A stretch of 64,000 nt of DNA from Bdellovibrio sp. (GCA_036676395.1 JAKFCY010000002.1:2080001-2144000); one strand, 5' to 3'. Numbered from the stretch's first letter, positions 20,180 to 31,371 are shown. Numbers and translations are program-made. The notes: generated by a model from the letters alone, not told the origin.

Positions 20180-21105
20180 GGTCTCATTTCCTCAAATGAA
20201 TATAGTCCAGTCAACAAAGCTTTTTGCGCATGCATGCGATTTTCGCTTTGTTGAAATAAAACTGAGTTCGAATGCTCAATCATTTCGCGAGTGATCTCTT
20301 GGTCTTCGTGAATTGGCATGCAATGCATGATAATTGCCTTTGAATCAGCCAAATCATGAAGTTCACGGTTTACTTGGTACCCCGCAAAAGCTTTTAATCT
20401 TTCAGCTTGTTCTTCTTCTTGGCCCATCGATGTCCATACATCCGTGTATATCGCATTCACCCCGGTAACCGCTTCTTGCGGCGTTTTAAATTCTTTGATC
20501 TCAGCCCCTCCAGCTTGCGCACGCACTTTGGCGCGCGCTAAGATTTTAGAATCCGGTTTGTAGCCCTCTGGACATGCATAATGAACATCAACTCCAACAT
20601 ACGGAGCTAAAAGTAACAGACTATGAAGTACGTTATTGCCATCACCGACATAACAAAGTTTTAAACCTTTAAGTTTGCCAAAACATTCAAGCAAAGTTTG
20701 CAAATCAGCTAAGGCTTGGCATGGGTGATGTAAATCAGAAAGCCCGTTAATGATCGGAATTCTTGCGTGCTTCACCATCTCTTCTAAAATTTCATGCTCA
20801 AACGTTCGAATCATTAAACCATCAACATACCCCTGCATCACACGAATCGTGTCAGCGGGAGTTTCTTTTTTACGTTGCGTAGAAGTGATTTCAATAACAC
20901 TGCCAGAAAGCTGTTCAATGCCTACAGTAAAACTCATGCGCGTGCGTAAAGACGATTTTTCAAAAAGCAAAGCGATGGTTTTATTTTGCAAAATACTTTG
21001 TTTTTTATTGGCTTTAAGATAAACCGCACAATGAAGTAAATTCATTAATTCAGTTTGGCTTAATTCTTCACCCGTTAAAAAATGAGGAGAAGTAATGTTA
21101 AACAT
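20119..21105 (-). CDS. argF: ornithine carbamoyltransferase
   Basis: SLRT, HPCQALAD, DVWTSMG, HCMP, QSENRMH; start at ATG 21105 after GGAGG. Confidence 0.93.
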   Translation of the reverse strand: MFNITSPHFLTGEELSQTELMNLLHCAVYLKANKKQSILQNKTIALLFEKSSLRTRMSFTVGIEQLSGSVIEITSTQRKKETPADTIRVMQGYVDGLMIRTFEHEILEEMVKHARIPIINGLSDLHHPCQALADLQTLLECFGKLKGLKLCYVGDGNNVLHSLLLLAPYVGVDVHYACPEGYKPDSKILARAKVRAQAGGAEIKEFKTPQEAVTGVNAIYTDVWTSMGQEEEQAERLKAFAGYQVNRELHDLADSKAIIMHCMPIHEDQEITREMIEHSNSVLFQQSENRMHAQKALLTGLYSFEEMRPWQPQRKPTHAPDYKPFVNF

Positions 21106-21892
21106 AGTGAGCCTCCGAATTTTTACACATAGTTCCGACGTAATCGCTCCATAAGCCGTTATAAGCCTCAGTGCCACGTAAAATTCTTACCTGCGAAACA
21201 CCGTGAACCAAAGCATCAACTACAGTTAACACTTTAGTGTACATGCCACCGCTGACTACGCCGTCAGTGATCAGTTTTTGCAAATCGTTATGACTAGTTT
21301 GCTCAATTAATTTTTGGTTCTGATCAAGGATTCCGTTCTGATCAGTTAAGAAAATTAATTTTTTAGCTTTTAACGCCGAAGCAATTTTCGCCGCAGCCCA
21401 GTCAGCATTAATATTAAATAGCTCTGCATTTTCGCCAATACCAATCGGCGCAATTACAGGAACCACGTTTTTTTCTGGAGTAAGAAGTGCATGAATCATT
21501 TCGGTGTTCACAGCTTCTACTAAACCTACTTGGCCTAGGTCTTTTTGTGCCTGACTACAGAATAATAAATTATTCTTTGCCCCAGACAAACCAATTGCCG
21601 GAACTCCGCCTGAATTCAAGGCTGAAACTAGTTCAGCATTAATTTGGCCGAATAAAACATTTTCAATAACATTAATCATTTCTGTGCTCGTTACGCGTTG
21701 ACCGTTAACGAAACTCCAAGAAATATTTCTTTTTGTTAATTCTGCATTAATCGCAGGTCCTCCACCGTGAACAAGAACCACGTCGTAATCATAACGACGG
21801 TAATCGCGCACTGTTTTAACCACTTGATCACGAGTTGCCGGATCAAGTAATGAAGCCCCACCTAATTTGATGACTACTAAATCTGTTCTCAT
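21098..21892 (-). CDS. argB: acetylglutamate kinase
   Basis: VIKLGG, VHGGGP, NGQRVT, NINAD, GGMYTKV. Confidence 0.95.
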   Translation of the reverse strand: MRTDLVVIKLGGASLLDPATRDQVVKTVRDYRRYDYDVVLVHGGGPAINAELTKRNISWSFVNGQRVTSTEMINVIENVLFGQINAELVSALNSGGVPAIGLSGAKNNLLFCSQAQKDLGQVGLVEAVNTEMIHALLTPEKNVVPVIAPIGIGENAELFNINADWAAAKIASALKAKKLIFLTDQNGILDQNQKLIEQTSHNDLQKLITDGVVSGGMYTKVLTVVDALVHGVSQVRILRGTEAYNGLWSDYVGTMCKNSEAHYV

Positions 21893-21903
21893 AGTTTAGC
21901 CCC

Positions 21904-23100
21904 TCAAGAGTATTCTGTGTTGATTTCAACGTATTTTTTAGACAAGTCACAACCCCATGCTGTGGCTTGGTAAGGACCCGATTTTAAATCAATCTCGATT
22001 TTAACATTTGATTGTTTTAAAAGGCCTTTTACTTCTTCTTTATTAAAAGCGATCGGTTCACCATTTGTGAAAAGCCTGATGCCTTGTAAAGTTAAATCCA
22101 TTTTAGCAAGACTTGCCGCCGGAACTTTTTCAGCTCCAAGACGCGCTAAGATTCTTCCCCAATTTGGATCTTCACCATGAACTGCCGTTTTAATTAATGG
22201 CGATAAAGTTACACCACGAGCAGCTGATTTTGCTAATGCATCTTCAGGCGAACCTGTTAACGCCACTTCGATTAATTTAGTCGCGCCTTCGCCGTCGGCA
22301 GCAATTGATTTTGCTAAATAAATAGAAACTTCAATCACCGCTTTTTGAAACGCGTGATAGTCAGCATCATTTTTTAACTCAACACCGCTTTCACCATTTG
22401 CCATAATAAATGCGCAGTCATTCGTCGAAGAATCACCATCAACACTGATCATGTTAAAACTAACGTCAGTCGCCGTTTTTAAAACTGTGTGTGCTACATC
22501 TTTAGTGATTTTTGCATCCGTTAAAATGTAACCAAGCATTGTTGCCATGTTCGGATGAATCATGCCTGAACCTTTGCAGATTCCAGTAATACGGATACTT
22601 CCAGTTGAAAGTTTAACAACTGTAGTTACAGTTTTAGGTACAAGATCAGTCGTAAGAATGGCTAAGGCAAAACTTTCAGCATTTTCTTGGGCACGTTCAA
22701 CTAAATCAGGAAGTGCTGGAATAATTTTATCAGTCGCCATTTGCACGCCAATCACGCCAGTTGATGCGATCAACACTTGTTCCGGAGTTACATTTAAAGC
22801 TTCAGCCATTCCAACAATAACTTCTTGGTTACGTTTGAAACCTTCAGCTCCCGTTGCCGCATTAGCTTGTCCTGAATTTGTAAAAATAGCGCGGATGTTA
22901 TCAGCTGGTAAAACTTTAGCACAATGTAATACCGGAGCGGCTTTACATTCATTTAATGTAAATACACCTGCAGCAACTGCATCAACTTCAGAAATAATTA
23001 CGCCAATATCCGGACGGTAACGGCGCACACCGCAGTTTGTTCCGCTCGTTAAAAAACCCTTAGGTAATGGTGTTCTGTGTAATCCTGGTCCTGGTGTCAT
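21904..23100 (-). CDS. argJ: bifunctional ornithine acetyltransferase / N-acetylglutamate synthase
   Basis: NSGQANAATG, STGVIG, TTDLVPK, KGSGMIHPNMATML, DGDSSTND, DGEGATK. Confidence 0.96.
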   Translation of the reverse strand: MTPGPGLHRTPLPKGFLTSGTNCGVRRYRPDIGVIISEVDAVAAGVFTLNECKAAPVLHCAKVLPADNIRAIFTNSGQANAATGAEGFKRNQEVIVGMAEALNVTPEQVLIASTGVIGVQMATDKIIPALPDLVERAQENAESFALAILTTDLVPKTVTTVVKLSTGSIRITGICKGSGMIHPNMATMLGYILTDAKITKDVAHTVLKTATDVSFNMISVDGDSSTNDCAFIMANGESGVELKNDADYHAFQKAVIEVSIYLAKSIAADGEGATKLIEVALTGSPEDALAKSAARGVTLSPLIKTAVHGEDPNWGRILARLGAEKVPAASLAKMDLTLQGIRLFTNGEPIAFNKEEVKGLLKQSNVKIEIDLKSGPYQATAWGCDLSKKYVEINTEYS

Positions 23101-24164
23101 ATCATAGCCTCCATATCTGCAAGCCCTGCATCTTGAGAGAAGTCATTCATGCGGTTGAAATTTTCAATCGCTTGGCTGGCTGCCCCCTTCATAAGGTTGT
23201 CGATCGTCGAGAAAACAAAAAGTTTCCCGTCCATAAGTTCATAACTAATGTGCGTGTGAGCCGTGCCAACAACTTTTTTCAAAGATAAAAGTTGCGGTTG
23301 CTTCGCGCTCTCGCCGTAAAATACTAAAGAGTTTTGCTCGTAAGAATCTGCAAAAGCCTTTTGGATCTGTTCTTTAGTAACGCCAGATTTAACCTTCATA
23401 TATAAAGAAGATAAAATCCCGCGACGAGTTGGTAATAAATGTGTCGTAAAAAATGGATTAATACTAACGCCAGTAAACAGCTCTACCGCTTCGATGATTT
23501 CAGGTAAATGCTGATGCTTGCCGATTTTGTAAGGTAAACATTCGCCATCAACCTCAGTAAATAATAAATTCTCAGAAGCTTTTTTACCGGCTCCTGTTGA
23601 ACCTGATTTTGCATCGATAACAATAGTATCAACTTCAACTAAGTTATTTTTAATTAATGGAATTAAAGCCATTAATACGCTGGATGCATAACAACCAGGG
23701 TTTGCAATTAACTTAGATTCAGAAGGTTGTGCAAAAGGCACTAATCCATAAGTAGCCGCTTGCAACAATTCATTTTGTTCATGAGTAAAGCCGTACCATT
23801 TACCGTAGTCGTTCTTTTTCAAACGAAACGCTCCAGATAAATCGATCACAGATTTGCCTTGTTTTAAAATCTCGGGTGCTAATTTTAATGAAGCTTCTGC
23901 AGGCGTGGCTAAGAACACCACATCAGTTAAATTTTTCATTAAATCTTTTTCAGCCAAACAAATTACTTCACTAGCTTTTTTACTTTGTAAGTAATCAGTT
24001 AATGAAAATTCAGTCGTAGCAAAACAATGCGTAAGCTTTGCAAACGGATGACGTAATAAATGTTTCGCCGTCTCTAAACCTGTGTAACCACGGGCCCCGA
24101 CGACTGAAACTGAAATAGATTGTGCCGGCACTTGCGCTGCCGTGCGTGAATAATTATGCAACAT
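23097..24164 (-). CDS. argC: N-acetyl-gamma-glutamyl-phosphate reductase
   Basis: GARGYTG, IDLSGAFRL, IANPGCY, SGSTGAGK, HQHLPEI, DNLMKGAA; alternative start GTG 24131. Confidence 0.95.
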   Translation of the reverse strand: MLHNYSRTAAQVPAQSISVSVVGARGYTGLETAKHLLRHPFAKLTHCFATTEFSLTDYLQSKKASEVICLAEKDLMKNLTDVVFLATPAEASLKLAPEILKQGKSVIDLSGAFRLKKNDYGKWYGFTHEQNELLQAATYGLVPFAQPSESKLIANPGCYASSVLMALIPLIKNNLVEVDTIVIDAKSGSTGAGKKASENLLFTEVDGECLPYKIGKHQHLPEIIEAVELFTGVSINPFFTTHLLPTRRGILSSLYMKVKSGVTKEQIQKAFADSYEQNSLVFYGESAKQPQLLSLKKVVGTAHTHISYELMDGKLFVFSTIDNLMKGAASQAIENFNRMNDFSQDAGLADMEAMI

Positions 24165-24261
24165 TCATGCATAATTATGGATTTATGTTGCATATGTCAA
24201 TCATTAATTTATATATTCTCGTTGACTGCATAATTATTCGCATATAAACCAGCTGTATGCA
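24147..24261. promoter_or_regulatory. ARG boxes (ArgR operators) in the divergent argC/argG control region
   Basis: TGAATAATTATGCA (24147) and TGCATAATTATGGA (24168) at 21-bp period; TGCATAATTATTCG (24227) overlapping TTGACT; half site TATGCA at 24256. Confidence 0.85.
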
Positions 24262-24293
24262 TAAACGCGCCGAAAGCGCGCAAGGAGATAGAA

Positions 24294-25514
24294 ATGAACA
24301 ATAAAAAGGTTCTATTAGTTTATTCAGGCGGTTTAGACACCTCAATTTGTATTCCATTAATGAAACAAGAGTATGGTTACGAAGAAGTGATCACTGTAAC
24401 TGTTGATGTGGGCCAAGATCCGGCTGACATTATTCAGGCTCAAGACAAAGCCAAAATCATGGGTACAACGCATTACACAGTAGATGCTAAAGAAGAGTTC
24501 ATTAAAGAGTACTGCTTTAAAGCTTTGCAAGCCAATGGCGACTATCAAGGTTACCCGATGTCGACATCTATCGCCCGCCCCTTAATAGCTGCAAAAGCTG
24601 CCGAAGTGGCTAAAAAATTAAATGTAAATCACTTTGCACACGGTTGTACTGGCAAAGGCAATGATCAATTTCGTATCGAGTTCGGTTTACGCTCTTTAAT
24701 TCAAGACGCTACAATCCACGCCCCCATTCGCGAACGCAACATGACTCGTTCATGGGAGATCGAATACGCCTTACAAAATAATGTACCAATTCAACAATCT
24801 TTAGAAAAAATCTGGAGCATTGATGAAAACTTATGGGGTCGTTCAATCGAAGGCGGCAGATTAGAAGAGCCAGATTTCGCACCACCAGAAGAAATCTTCA
24901 TGTGGACAAAATCTTTAGAGAACGCAAATGCCAAAGCTGAAGAAATCGTTGTAACTTTTGAAAACGGAATGCCTACGCACATCAACAATACGGCATTTTC
25001 ACCTGGGCAATTAGTGATTCACTTAAATAAAATTGCCGGTGATCACGGTATTGGCCGTATCGATATTATGGAAGATCGCATGATGGGTTTAAAAGTTCGT
25101 GAAAACTACGAATGTCCAGCTTCGACTGTATTATTAAAAGCTCATAAAGCTTTAGAAAACTTAGTTTTAACCAGAGATGAAATCCGTTTCAAATCTACAA
25201 TTGATCTTGAGTGGAGCAAATTAGCTTACGAAGGTCTTTGGTGGGATCCGTTCAAAACTGATCTAGAAGCTTTCATTGGCGCAACTCAAACTCGCGTTAA
25301 CGGAACTGTTAAACTAAAACTTTACAAAGGTAACGTTGTTGTTACTGGCAGAACTTCTGATTGGGCCCTTTACTCAGAAGATCTTGCAAGTTTTGACACA
25401 ACTACATTTATCCAATCTGAAAGCACTGGCGCAGTTAAGAACTTCGGTTTACAACCACGTATGTTCTTCAGCATTAAAGATAAATTAGCTTTAGAGTCAT
25501 CTTTAAAAGGATAA
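24294..25514 (+). CDS. argG: argininosuccinate synthase
   Basis: YSGGLDTS, HGCTGKGNDQ, SIDENLWGRSIEGG. Confidence 0.97.
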   Translation: MNNKKVLLVYSGGLDTSICIPLMKQEYGYEEVITVTVDVGQDPADIIQAQDKAKIMGTTHYTVDAKEEFIKEYCFKALQANGDYQGYPMSTSIARPLIAAKAAEVAKKLNVNHFAHGCTGKGNDQFRIEFGLRSLIQDATIHAPIRERNMTRSWEIEYALQNNVPIQQSLEKIWSIDENLWGRSIEGGRLEEPDFAPPEEIFMWTKSLENANAKAEEIVVTFENGMPTHINNTAFSPGQLVIHLNKIAGDHGIGRIDIMEDRMMGLKVRENYECPASTVLLKAHKALENLVLTRDEIRFKSTIDLEWSKLAYEGLWWDPFKTDLEAFIGATQTRVNGTVKLKLYKGNVVVTGRTSDWALYSEDLASFDTTTFIQSESTGAVKNFGLQPRMFFSIKDKLALESSLKG

Positions 25515-25519
25515 TTACT

Positions 25520-26887
25520 ATGAAACTTTGGGGTGGATTATTTCAGGAGCCGACACATCAAGAGGTAGAAACTTTTTCTTCTTCATTAGAAGTTGATGCC
25601 AGGCTTTGGGAAGTCGACATTTTTGGATCAATTGCACATGCTAAAATGCTTGGGGATGTGGGTATTATTCCTCAAGCAGAAGCTGGCGTTATTATTTTAG
25701 CGTTACAGCAAATGCATGAAGATTTTAAAACAGGTAAAATCGCAATTGATCCGACCTCAGAGGATATTCACTCGGATATCGAGAAAAAACTTTACGCTAA
25801 AATCGGTGCTGTAGCTGGAAAGCTACACACGGCACGCAGTCGTAATGATCAAGTTGCAACCGACACCCGTCTTTATTTAGCGCAAGAGATCTCATATTTA
25901 ACAGCTAGCCTTAAGGCGCTGCAAAATTACCTGGTTAGAACCGCTGAAAAGCATTTCGAAACTATTTTGCCAGGCCTTACGCATATGCAACATGCACAAC
26001 CCGTAAGTCTTGCGCATCACTTGATGGCGTATTTTTGGATGTTTCAACGCGACGTTGATCGTTTGTTAGAAACCCAAAAAAGAGTTTTAAATTTACCCCT
26101 GGGTTCTGCAGCTTTAGCTGGAACTGGTTTTCCCTTAAACCGCGCCCAGGTTGCCAAAGATTTAAATTTCAATTCTGTGAGTGAAAACTCATTAGATGCG
26201 GTTTCTGATCGTGATTACGCGATCGAATTTTTATCTGACAGCGCAACGATCATGATGCACCTTTCACGTTTAAGTGAAGAATTAGTATTATGGTCAATGC
26301 CAGAATTTAAATTCGTAGAGCTATCTGACAGAGTAACCACTGGCAGCAGCATCATGCCACAAAAGAAAAATCCAGACGTGGCAGAACTTATCCGCGGAAA
26401 AGTCGGCCGTGTTAACGGCGCACTGATTGGTTTACTGACAACATTAAAAGCGTTACCGCTGGCGTACAACCGCGATCTGCAAGAGGATAAATTCCATTTA
26501 TTCACAGGCCTTGATACGGTTAAAGGCTGCACGCGCTTAATGTTAGTGATGCTTGAAGAAGCCACTTGGAAAACTGAAAACATGAAAAAATCCCTAGCGG
26601 GAGATTTTTCAAATGCGACTGATCTTGCTGATGACTTAGTAAAAAAAGGTTTACCATTTCGCGAAGCCCACGAAGTGATTGGCCACGTCGTGCAATACTG
26701 CAATAAAAAACAGTTAGCTTTAGAGAACATTACTTTAACAGAACTAAAAGCCTTACATGCGTTGTTTGATGAAGAGAGTCTTAAAACTCTTCCTCATTTA
26801 GCGGTCATGCAGGCTAGAACTTCTGCAGGTGGAACTTCTCCAAAAGCTGTTGCCGCACAAATTCAACACGCTAAAACGCTAATTTAG
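25520..26887 (+). CDS. argH: argininosuccinate lyase
   Basis: KLWGG, LHTARSRNDQ, GSSIMPQKKNPD, YNRDLQEDK. Confidence 0.97.
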   Translation: MKLWGGLFQEPTHQEVETFSSSLEVDARLWEVDIFGSIAHAKMLGDVGIIPQAEAGVIILALQQMHEDFKTGKIAIDPTSEDIHSDIEKKLYAKIGAVAGKLHTARSRNDQVATDTRLYLAQEISYLTASLKALQNYLVRTAEKHFETILPGLTHMQHAQPVSLAHHLMAYFWMFQRDVDRLLETQKRVLNLPLGSAALAGTGFPLNRAQVAKDLNFNSVSENSLDAVSDRDYAIEFLSDSATIMMHLSRLSEELVLWSMPEFKFVELSDRVTTGSSIMPQKKNPDVAELIRGKVGRVNGALIGLLTTLKALPLAYNRDLQEDKFHLFTGLDTVKGCTRLMLVMLEEATWKTENMKKSLAGDFSNATDLADDLVKKGLPFREAHEVIGHVVQYCNKKQLALENITLTELKALHALFDEESLKTLPHLAVMQARTSAGGTSPKAVAAQIQHAKTLI

Positions 26888-27061
26888 TAAAATACTTTTA
26901 ACGAGCAAAGCATTTCTTAACAGATTTATTGCGTCATGATTTTCTAAATCGTGATCCAAGTTTGTTGAATTCTGACTATCTTTTTTACAGGACCATTTCT
27001 GATTTTTATCGGCACCTGGACCCCGACCTTTAAAAACTAATTTTTCACTCTGACCTGACTC

Positions 27062-27087
27062 TAAATTCGCTCTCAAAATGACGATAA
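27062..27087 (+). promoter_or_regulatory. sigma28-type promoter
   Basis: TAAA-N14-GACGATAA-N10-ATG(27098). Confidence 0.45.
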
Positions 27088-27097
27088 GTAATCAGTC

Positions 27098-29617
27098 ATG
27101 ATGAAGCTGTTTACGGCATTTTTAAAACGCCATTTTTATATTTTAGGATTAGCCAATTTTGCATTTTTTCTGATGCTGGCTTTTTCTTATCAATCAGGTT
27201 TAAGTCAGAGCCTAAATTCACTTTTTGTGACTCAAGAGCAACTGACCAAAGAAGAAAAAGCTTTGTATGAAATCGTAAACGCTTGGCAAGAAAATATCGT
27301 GTCGCTTAAAAGCTACATTGAAAGTTCTGAATACACTGCAGATCAAAAAGTAGCGCGTTCAAATAAGTATAATCACTTTTCAACACGCAATAACTCGCTG
27401 ATGACTCAGGCACTATCATCAACACAAGCGAAGAAGGCCTCAGTTCACAATACTTTAGCCCAGCGATCGCTGAATTATGCCGACTACTTTGAATCTGTTA
27501 AAAACTTTATCGCTTCGGGCGCCACCGTTCACACAAAACTTGTGGTTGAACCGATGGATTTATTTCAAAAGAATGTCGGCGAACTTAAATTTAATAACGA
27601 ATCGACATTTTTAGCGATTAGCTTAGCTTCATTGGTCTTGTCTGTGCTTCATTTATTGTTCTTATTTAGCTCTACCCGCAAAGAAAATATTATGCTGAAC
27701 TCGCAAGTTGATACCTTTAAAAAAGTCATCAGCAATATGTCAGAAGGCGTGATCGTAACAGATAAGTACGGCTTTTTCACATTCACGAATGAATCGGCTA
27801 AAAACATCATCGGCCCGGTTGTTAATGATATTTTTTATTCAAGCTCGATTGATGTGATGGGTTTTCAGTCTGCCGATGGCCGCAAACTGATTAAAGAAGA
27901 GCTACCGATGTACACCGCGCTTAAAAAGCACATGGTAACCGAACAAGAATATGTGATTAAAAATCCGCTTCACCCTGAAGGAATTTTTGTCTCTTGCTCT
28001 AATGGCTATTATGTCGATGATAAGGGGTTAACGTCAGGCTCGGTGGTGGTGTTAAAAAATATCACGACTAAAAAACAGCTTGAGCAATTCTGGCAATCTG
28101 AAAAAGAACGTGCCGTTGAACATTCAAAATTAAAATCAGACTTTTTAGCTTCGATGTCACATGAAATCAGAACTCCGATGAATGCCGTGCTGGGTTTAAC
28201 CACCCTGCTTAAAGAAACTAAGCTTAACGAAGATCAAAAAGATTATGTGGTCACGATTCAGCGCTCGGCTAAATCGCTATTAACATTAATTAACGATATT
28301 CTGGATCATTCAAAAATCGAAGCTGGTAAATTAGATATTACCAATGCACCTTTTAGTTTAAAATCATTAGCTCACGAGATCGCTGATAACTTTAAACCTC
28401 TGGTGATGGAAAAAAACATTGAACTTAACTTAAATTTTTCAGAGCTAACCCAAGAGTCATTTAATTCTGATGCCAACCGTATTCGTCAGATTATGATTAA
28501 CTTAATTGGTAATGCGATTAAATTTACTAAAGTTGGTTCGGTTGAATTGCAGTTTATCTCTGAAGGTGCCAACACAAAAGTGATTGTTAAAGACACTGGC
28601 AGCGGCATGACTCCAGTTGAAGTTAGCCATCTGTTTCAAAAATATTTTCAGACTAAAAATGGCCAAACTGTCGGCGGCACAGGGCTTGGTTTAAATATCT
28701 GTAAACAGCTAGTTGATCTTTTAAAAGGTGAAATTGGCGTATCAAGCGAATTAGGCAAAGGCACACAGTTTTGGTTTAGCCTTCCGCTTGAAGCCTGTGA
28801 ACTGACAACTTCAGATACGACAGAAATGGATGCTGAAACACTTTTATTCGCGAATCAATTTCAAGGCGTAGTACTTATTGCTGAAGATAGCACGGTAAAT
28901 CAGAAAGTAATCACGAATTACTTATCAAAGCTTGGTTTGCAATCAGTCATCGCTAATAACGGCGAAGAAGCGATTAAAATTTATCAAAGCCATCACCCCG
29001 ATCTGATTTTAATGGATTCAAATATGCCGGTGATGAACGGCCTAGAGGCCACGAAAAAAATTATAGCTTTACAGCAGTCAAATCCCGACTTTAAAAAAAC
29101 ACCGATCGTTGGTTTATCAGCCGATGTCAGACAAGCTAATTTTGATGACAACATCAAAGCTGGTATGGCTGCATTCTTAACTAAGCCTATTGAATTAAAT
29201 AAATTAGTCGCTCTGCTTAAAACTTATTTTACGGCAACGATTGCAACGCCTAGCCAAATTGAAAAGATCAAACACTTAATGGTGGGTGATAAATTGCTTA
29301 TCGAAGTGCTATTACAAGACTTTACCGACCAGGCCCCGCATCAAATCGCTAGCTTAAGTGAATTATTGGCGGCAAATAATTATGCCGAACTTTACCAGAC
29401 AGCGCATAGCTTAAAATCAGCCGCGGCTGAACTTGATGCCCATGAGTTACACCAAATTTTAGCAACTGTTGAAAAATTAGCTGACGAGAACAACCCCTCA
29501 CTGGCGAACACTCTGGCTCGTGAAATTAGCAAAGCTCAGCTTTGTTATGCATTAGCCATTGCAGGAATCAATGAACGCATTGATGATATTAAAGCGAGTC
29601 AAAGGAAGGCCTCATGA
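27098..29617 (+). CDS. membrane hybrid histidine kinase (2TM-PAS-HisKA-HATPase-REC-Hpt)
   Basis: Two hydrophobic segments, [30 protein letters not shown], Hpt AHSLKS. Confidence 0.92.
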   Translation: MMKLFTAFLKRHFYILGLANFAFFLMLAFSYQSGLSQSLNSLFVTQEQLTKEEKALYEIVNAWQENIVSLKSYIESSEYTADQKVARSNKYNHFSTRNNSLMTQALSSTQAKKASVHNTLAQRSLNYADYFESVKNFIASGATVHTKLVVEPMDLFQKNVGELKFNNESTFLAISLASLVLSVLHLLFLFSSTRKENIMLNSQVDTFKKVISNMSEGVIVTDKYGFFTFTNESAKNIIGPVVNDIFYSSSIDVMGFQSADGRKLIKEELPMYTALKKHMVTEQEYVIKNPLHPEGIFVSCSNGYYVDDKGLTSGSVVVLKNITTKKQLEQFWQSEKERAVEHSKLKSDFLASMSHEIRTPMNAVLGLTTLLKETKLNEDQKDYVVTIQRSAKSLLTLINDILDHSKIEAGKLDITNAPFSLKSLAHEIADNFKPLVMEKNIELNLNFSELTQESFNSDANRIRQIMINLIGNAIKFTKVGSVELQFISEGANTKVIVKDTGSGMTPVEVSHLFQKYFQTKNGQTVGGTGLGLNICKQLVDLLKGEIGVSSELGKGTQFWFSLPLEACELTTSDTTEMDAETLLFANQFQGVVLIAEDSTVNQKVITNYLSKLGLQSVIANNGEEAIKIYQSHHPDLILMDSNMPVMNGLEATKKIIALQQSNPDFKKTPIVGLSADVRQANFDDNIKAGMAAFLTKPIELNKLVALLKTYFTATIATPSQIEKIKHLMVGDKLLIEVLLQDFTDQAPHQIASLSELLAANNYAELYQTAHSLKSAAAELDAHELHQILATVEKLADENNPSLANTLAREISKAQLCYALAIAGINERIDDIKASQRKAS

Positions 29618-30300
29618 AAACCGTTCTTATTGTAGATGACCAAAATAGCGTATTGTTAACTTTAGATGCTATCTTGAAAAAAGAAGGCTTCATTGTAATT
29701 GCTTGCACAAATTCATTAGATGCTTTTGAGCATCTTCAACGTGAAAAATTCGATGTGGTTATCACTGATGCTGTGATGCCCATGGGCACAAGCGGCTTTA
29801 GCTTAATTTCAACGGTTCGCTCACAGCCCAACATCAACTCTAAAGTTCCAATTCTTATGTTAACCGGAAAACGCGACCCTGCTGACGTTGAAAAAGCGAT
29901 TGCCGTAGGTGCAAACGATTACATGATTAAGCCGATTGATCCTGATGTGTTAATGCAGAAATTAAAAAAGCTTTTAGTGCAGTCTAACGAACAAGACGAT
30001 TTCGTCAGTGCTACAGTGAATAAACCAGCGTCTGTTCCGATGAAACTCAATATCACATCGACTTCTGAGATCAGCTTAAAGTTTTCTTCTGATGTGGGGT
30101 TTATTCCTGGTCAAATTTATAAAATCAGCTCGGATTTTTTTAACCTGTTTGAAAAAACGACAGTTTCAATTCGTGTGAACACGTCTGAATTGCAAAAAGA
30201 TCACTACGTGGTATCAGCAAATTATGTAGGCTTATCTGAAATAGAACTTTCACATATCAGAACGTGGATTAGAAATAAATTAATTCAGGAAAAGAAATAA
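29614..30300 (+). CDS. response regulator (REC plus possibly PilZ-like C-terminal domain)
   Basis: LIVDD, ITDAVMP, MLTG, YMIKP; ATGA overlap with the kinase. Confidence 0.85.
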   Translation: MKTVLIVDDQNSVLLTLDAILKKEGFIVIACTNSLDAFEHLQREKFDVVITDAVMPMGTSGFSLISTVRSQPNINSKVPILMLTGKRDPADVEKAIAVGANDYMIKPIDPDVLMQKLKKLLVQSNEQDDFVSATVNKPASVPMKLNITSTSEISLKFSSDVGFIPGQIYKISSDFFNLFEKTTVSIRVNTSELQKDHYVVSANYVGLSEIELSHIRTWIRNKLIQEKK

Positions 30301-30304
30301 TGAC

Positions 30305-30340
30305 TAGCCTGCAGAACTTTTAGGTCGTTCGCGCAGGCTA
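30305..30340. terminator. hairpin between convergent genes
   Basis: TAGCCTGC...GCAGGCTA stem. Confidence 0.5.
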
Positions 30341-30357
30341 TTTAGCTAGACTATGAC

Positions 30358-31311
30358 TTAATGATTTGCGGCTTGGCGATCAGTTTTAACCGCGCCCATT
30401 TTCTTTTTCATCATAGAAACCATTTGGTCGACTTCACGGCGAAATTTACCGTCATCCATAGATAAGCCATTTAAGTAGGTGCTCCAGTGACGTACGGTGG
30501 CCGCAACAAGAACGGCTTCTTTAAGCTCATCGGCAGAGGCTCCGTTAAGTTTGGCAAATTCACCATCAATATGCGCGCAGTAATCGCAAGGCATTTGCGC
30601 ACCCACGGCTAAACCAATCATATTTTTATATTTCAAAGGTAGAGCCGTATTTGGACTGAAGTGAAAATCACGCAGACTTTTCCAGGCACCAGGTAGCGCT
30701 GGTTTATGATATTCACTTAAAAAGTTTGGTGTGAAACCATACATGTTCTGAATGTCTTTCATGGCCATATCTGCGGTTGTGATATTTGCGGCTTCTATGG
30801 CTACAGGTGATGGCGTATTTTTCTGCATTTGTGATTTCGTATTGCTGATGAGCTGGCTGACATCTTTTTTAAATGTCTCCATATTTAAATTTGCACCATA
30901 CGCGTAAGTACTCCACTTTCGCACAAGGCTTGAAATCGCCATTGCTTCATTAATTTCAGCTTCTGTTGCTCCTTGAAGTGCAGCAAATTTTTTATGAAAA
31001 TACACGCAGTACTTACACGGGATTTGTGCTGAGACGGCCAGGCCAAGAAGTTCTTTATATTTGCCGGGAATTTGCGTGTTCGGATTCATTTGCACGGCTT
31101 TCATTTCTTCCCACGCGCCCGGAAGACCTTCTGGCGGATACATTTTAAACATCGTCGGCACCATGCCTAAACTTGATTTAATATCTTCCATCGCGGTCTT
31201 ATAGGCCATTGATGGTTTAGCTTTTTCCGTGTCTTTAGCCATATCAGCAGCGAAAGCGTTACACGATAAAAGAACAGTTAAAGAAATTATAAGTTGGGAC
31301 ATAATTTTCAT
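30358..31311 (-). CDS. secreted tandem carboxymuconolactone decarboxylase/AhpD-like protein
   Basis: Signal peptide; two repeats with IPCKYCVYFH and MPCDYCAHID. Confidence 0.85.
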   Translation of the reverse strand: MKIMSQLIISLTVLLSCNAFAADMAKDTEKAKPSMAYKTAMEDIKSSLGMVPTMFKMYPPEGLPGAWEEMKAVQMNPNTQIPGKYKELLGLAVSAQIPCKYCVYFHKKFAALQGATEAEINEAMAISSLVRKWSTYAYGANLNMETFKKDVSQLISNTKSQMQKNTPSPVAIEAANITTADMAMKDIQNMYGFTPNFLSEYHKPALPGAWKSLRDFHFSPNTALPLKYKNMIGLAVGAQMPCDYCAHIDGEFAKLNGASADELKEAVLVAATVRHWSTYLNGLSMDDGKFRREVDQMVSMMKKKMGAVKTDRQAANH

Positions 31312-31355
31312 AGTGATTCTCCTGAGTAGAATTAGAATTTATGTCGTCATTAATT

Positions 31356-31371
31356 TGCAAAGGCTCAGCCA
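31356..31371 (-). promoter_or_regulatory. sigma54-type promoter
   Basis: TGGCTGAGCCTTTGCA on the minus strand. Confidence 0.6.

Noticed and set aside
20119..21105. N-succinyl/acetyl-ornithine transcarbamylase because of the SLRT motif
   Set aside because: It retains the DxxxSMG ornithine-binding loop and sits with argJ, consistent with an ordinary OTCase.
24175..24357. 60-aa ORF across the arg control region as a leader peptide
   Set aside because: It overlaps the argG start antisense, has no Arg run, and the region is explained by ARG boxes.
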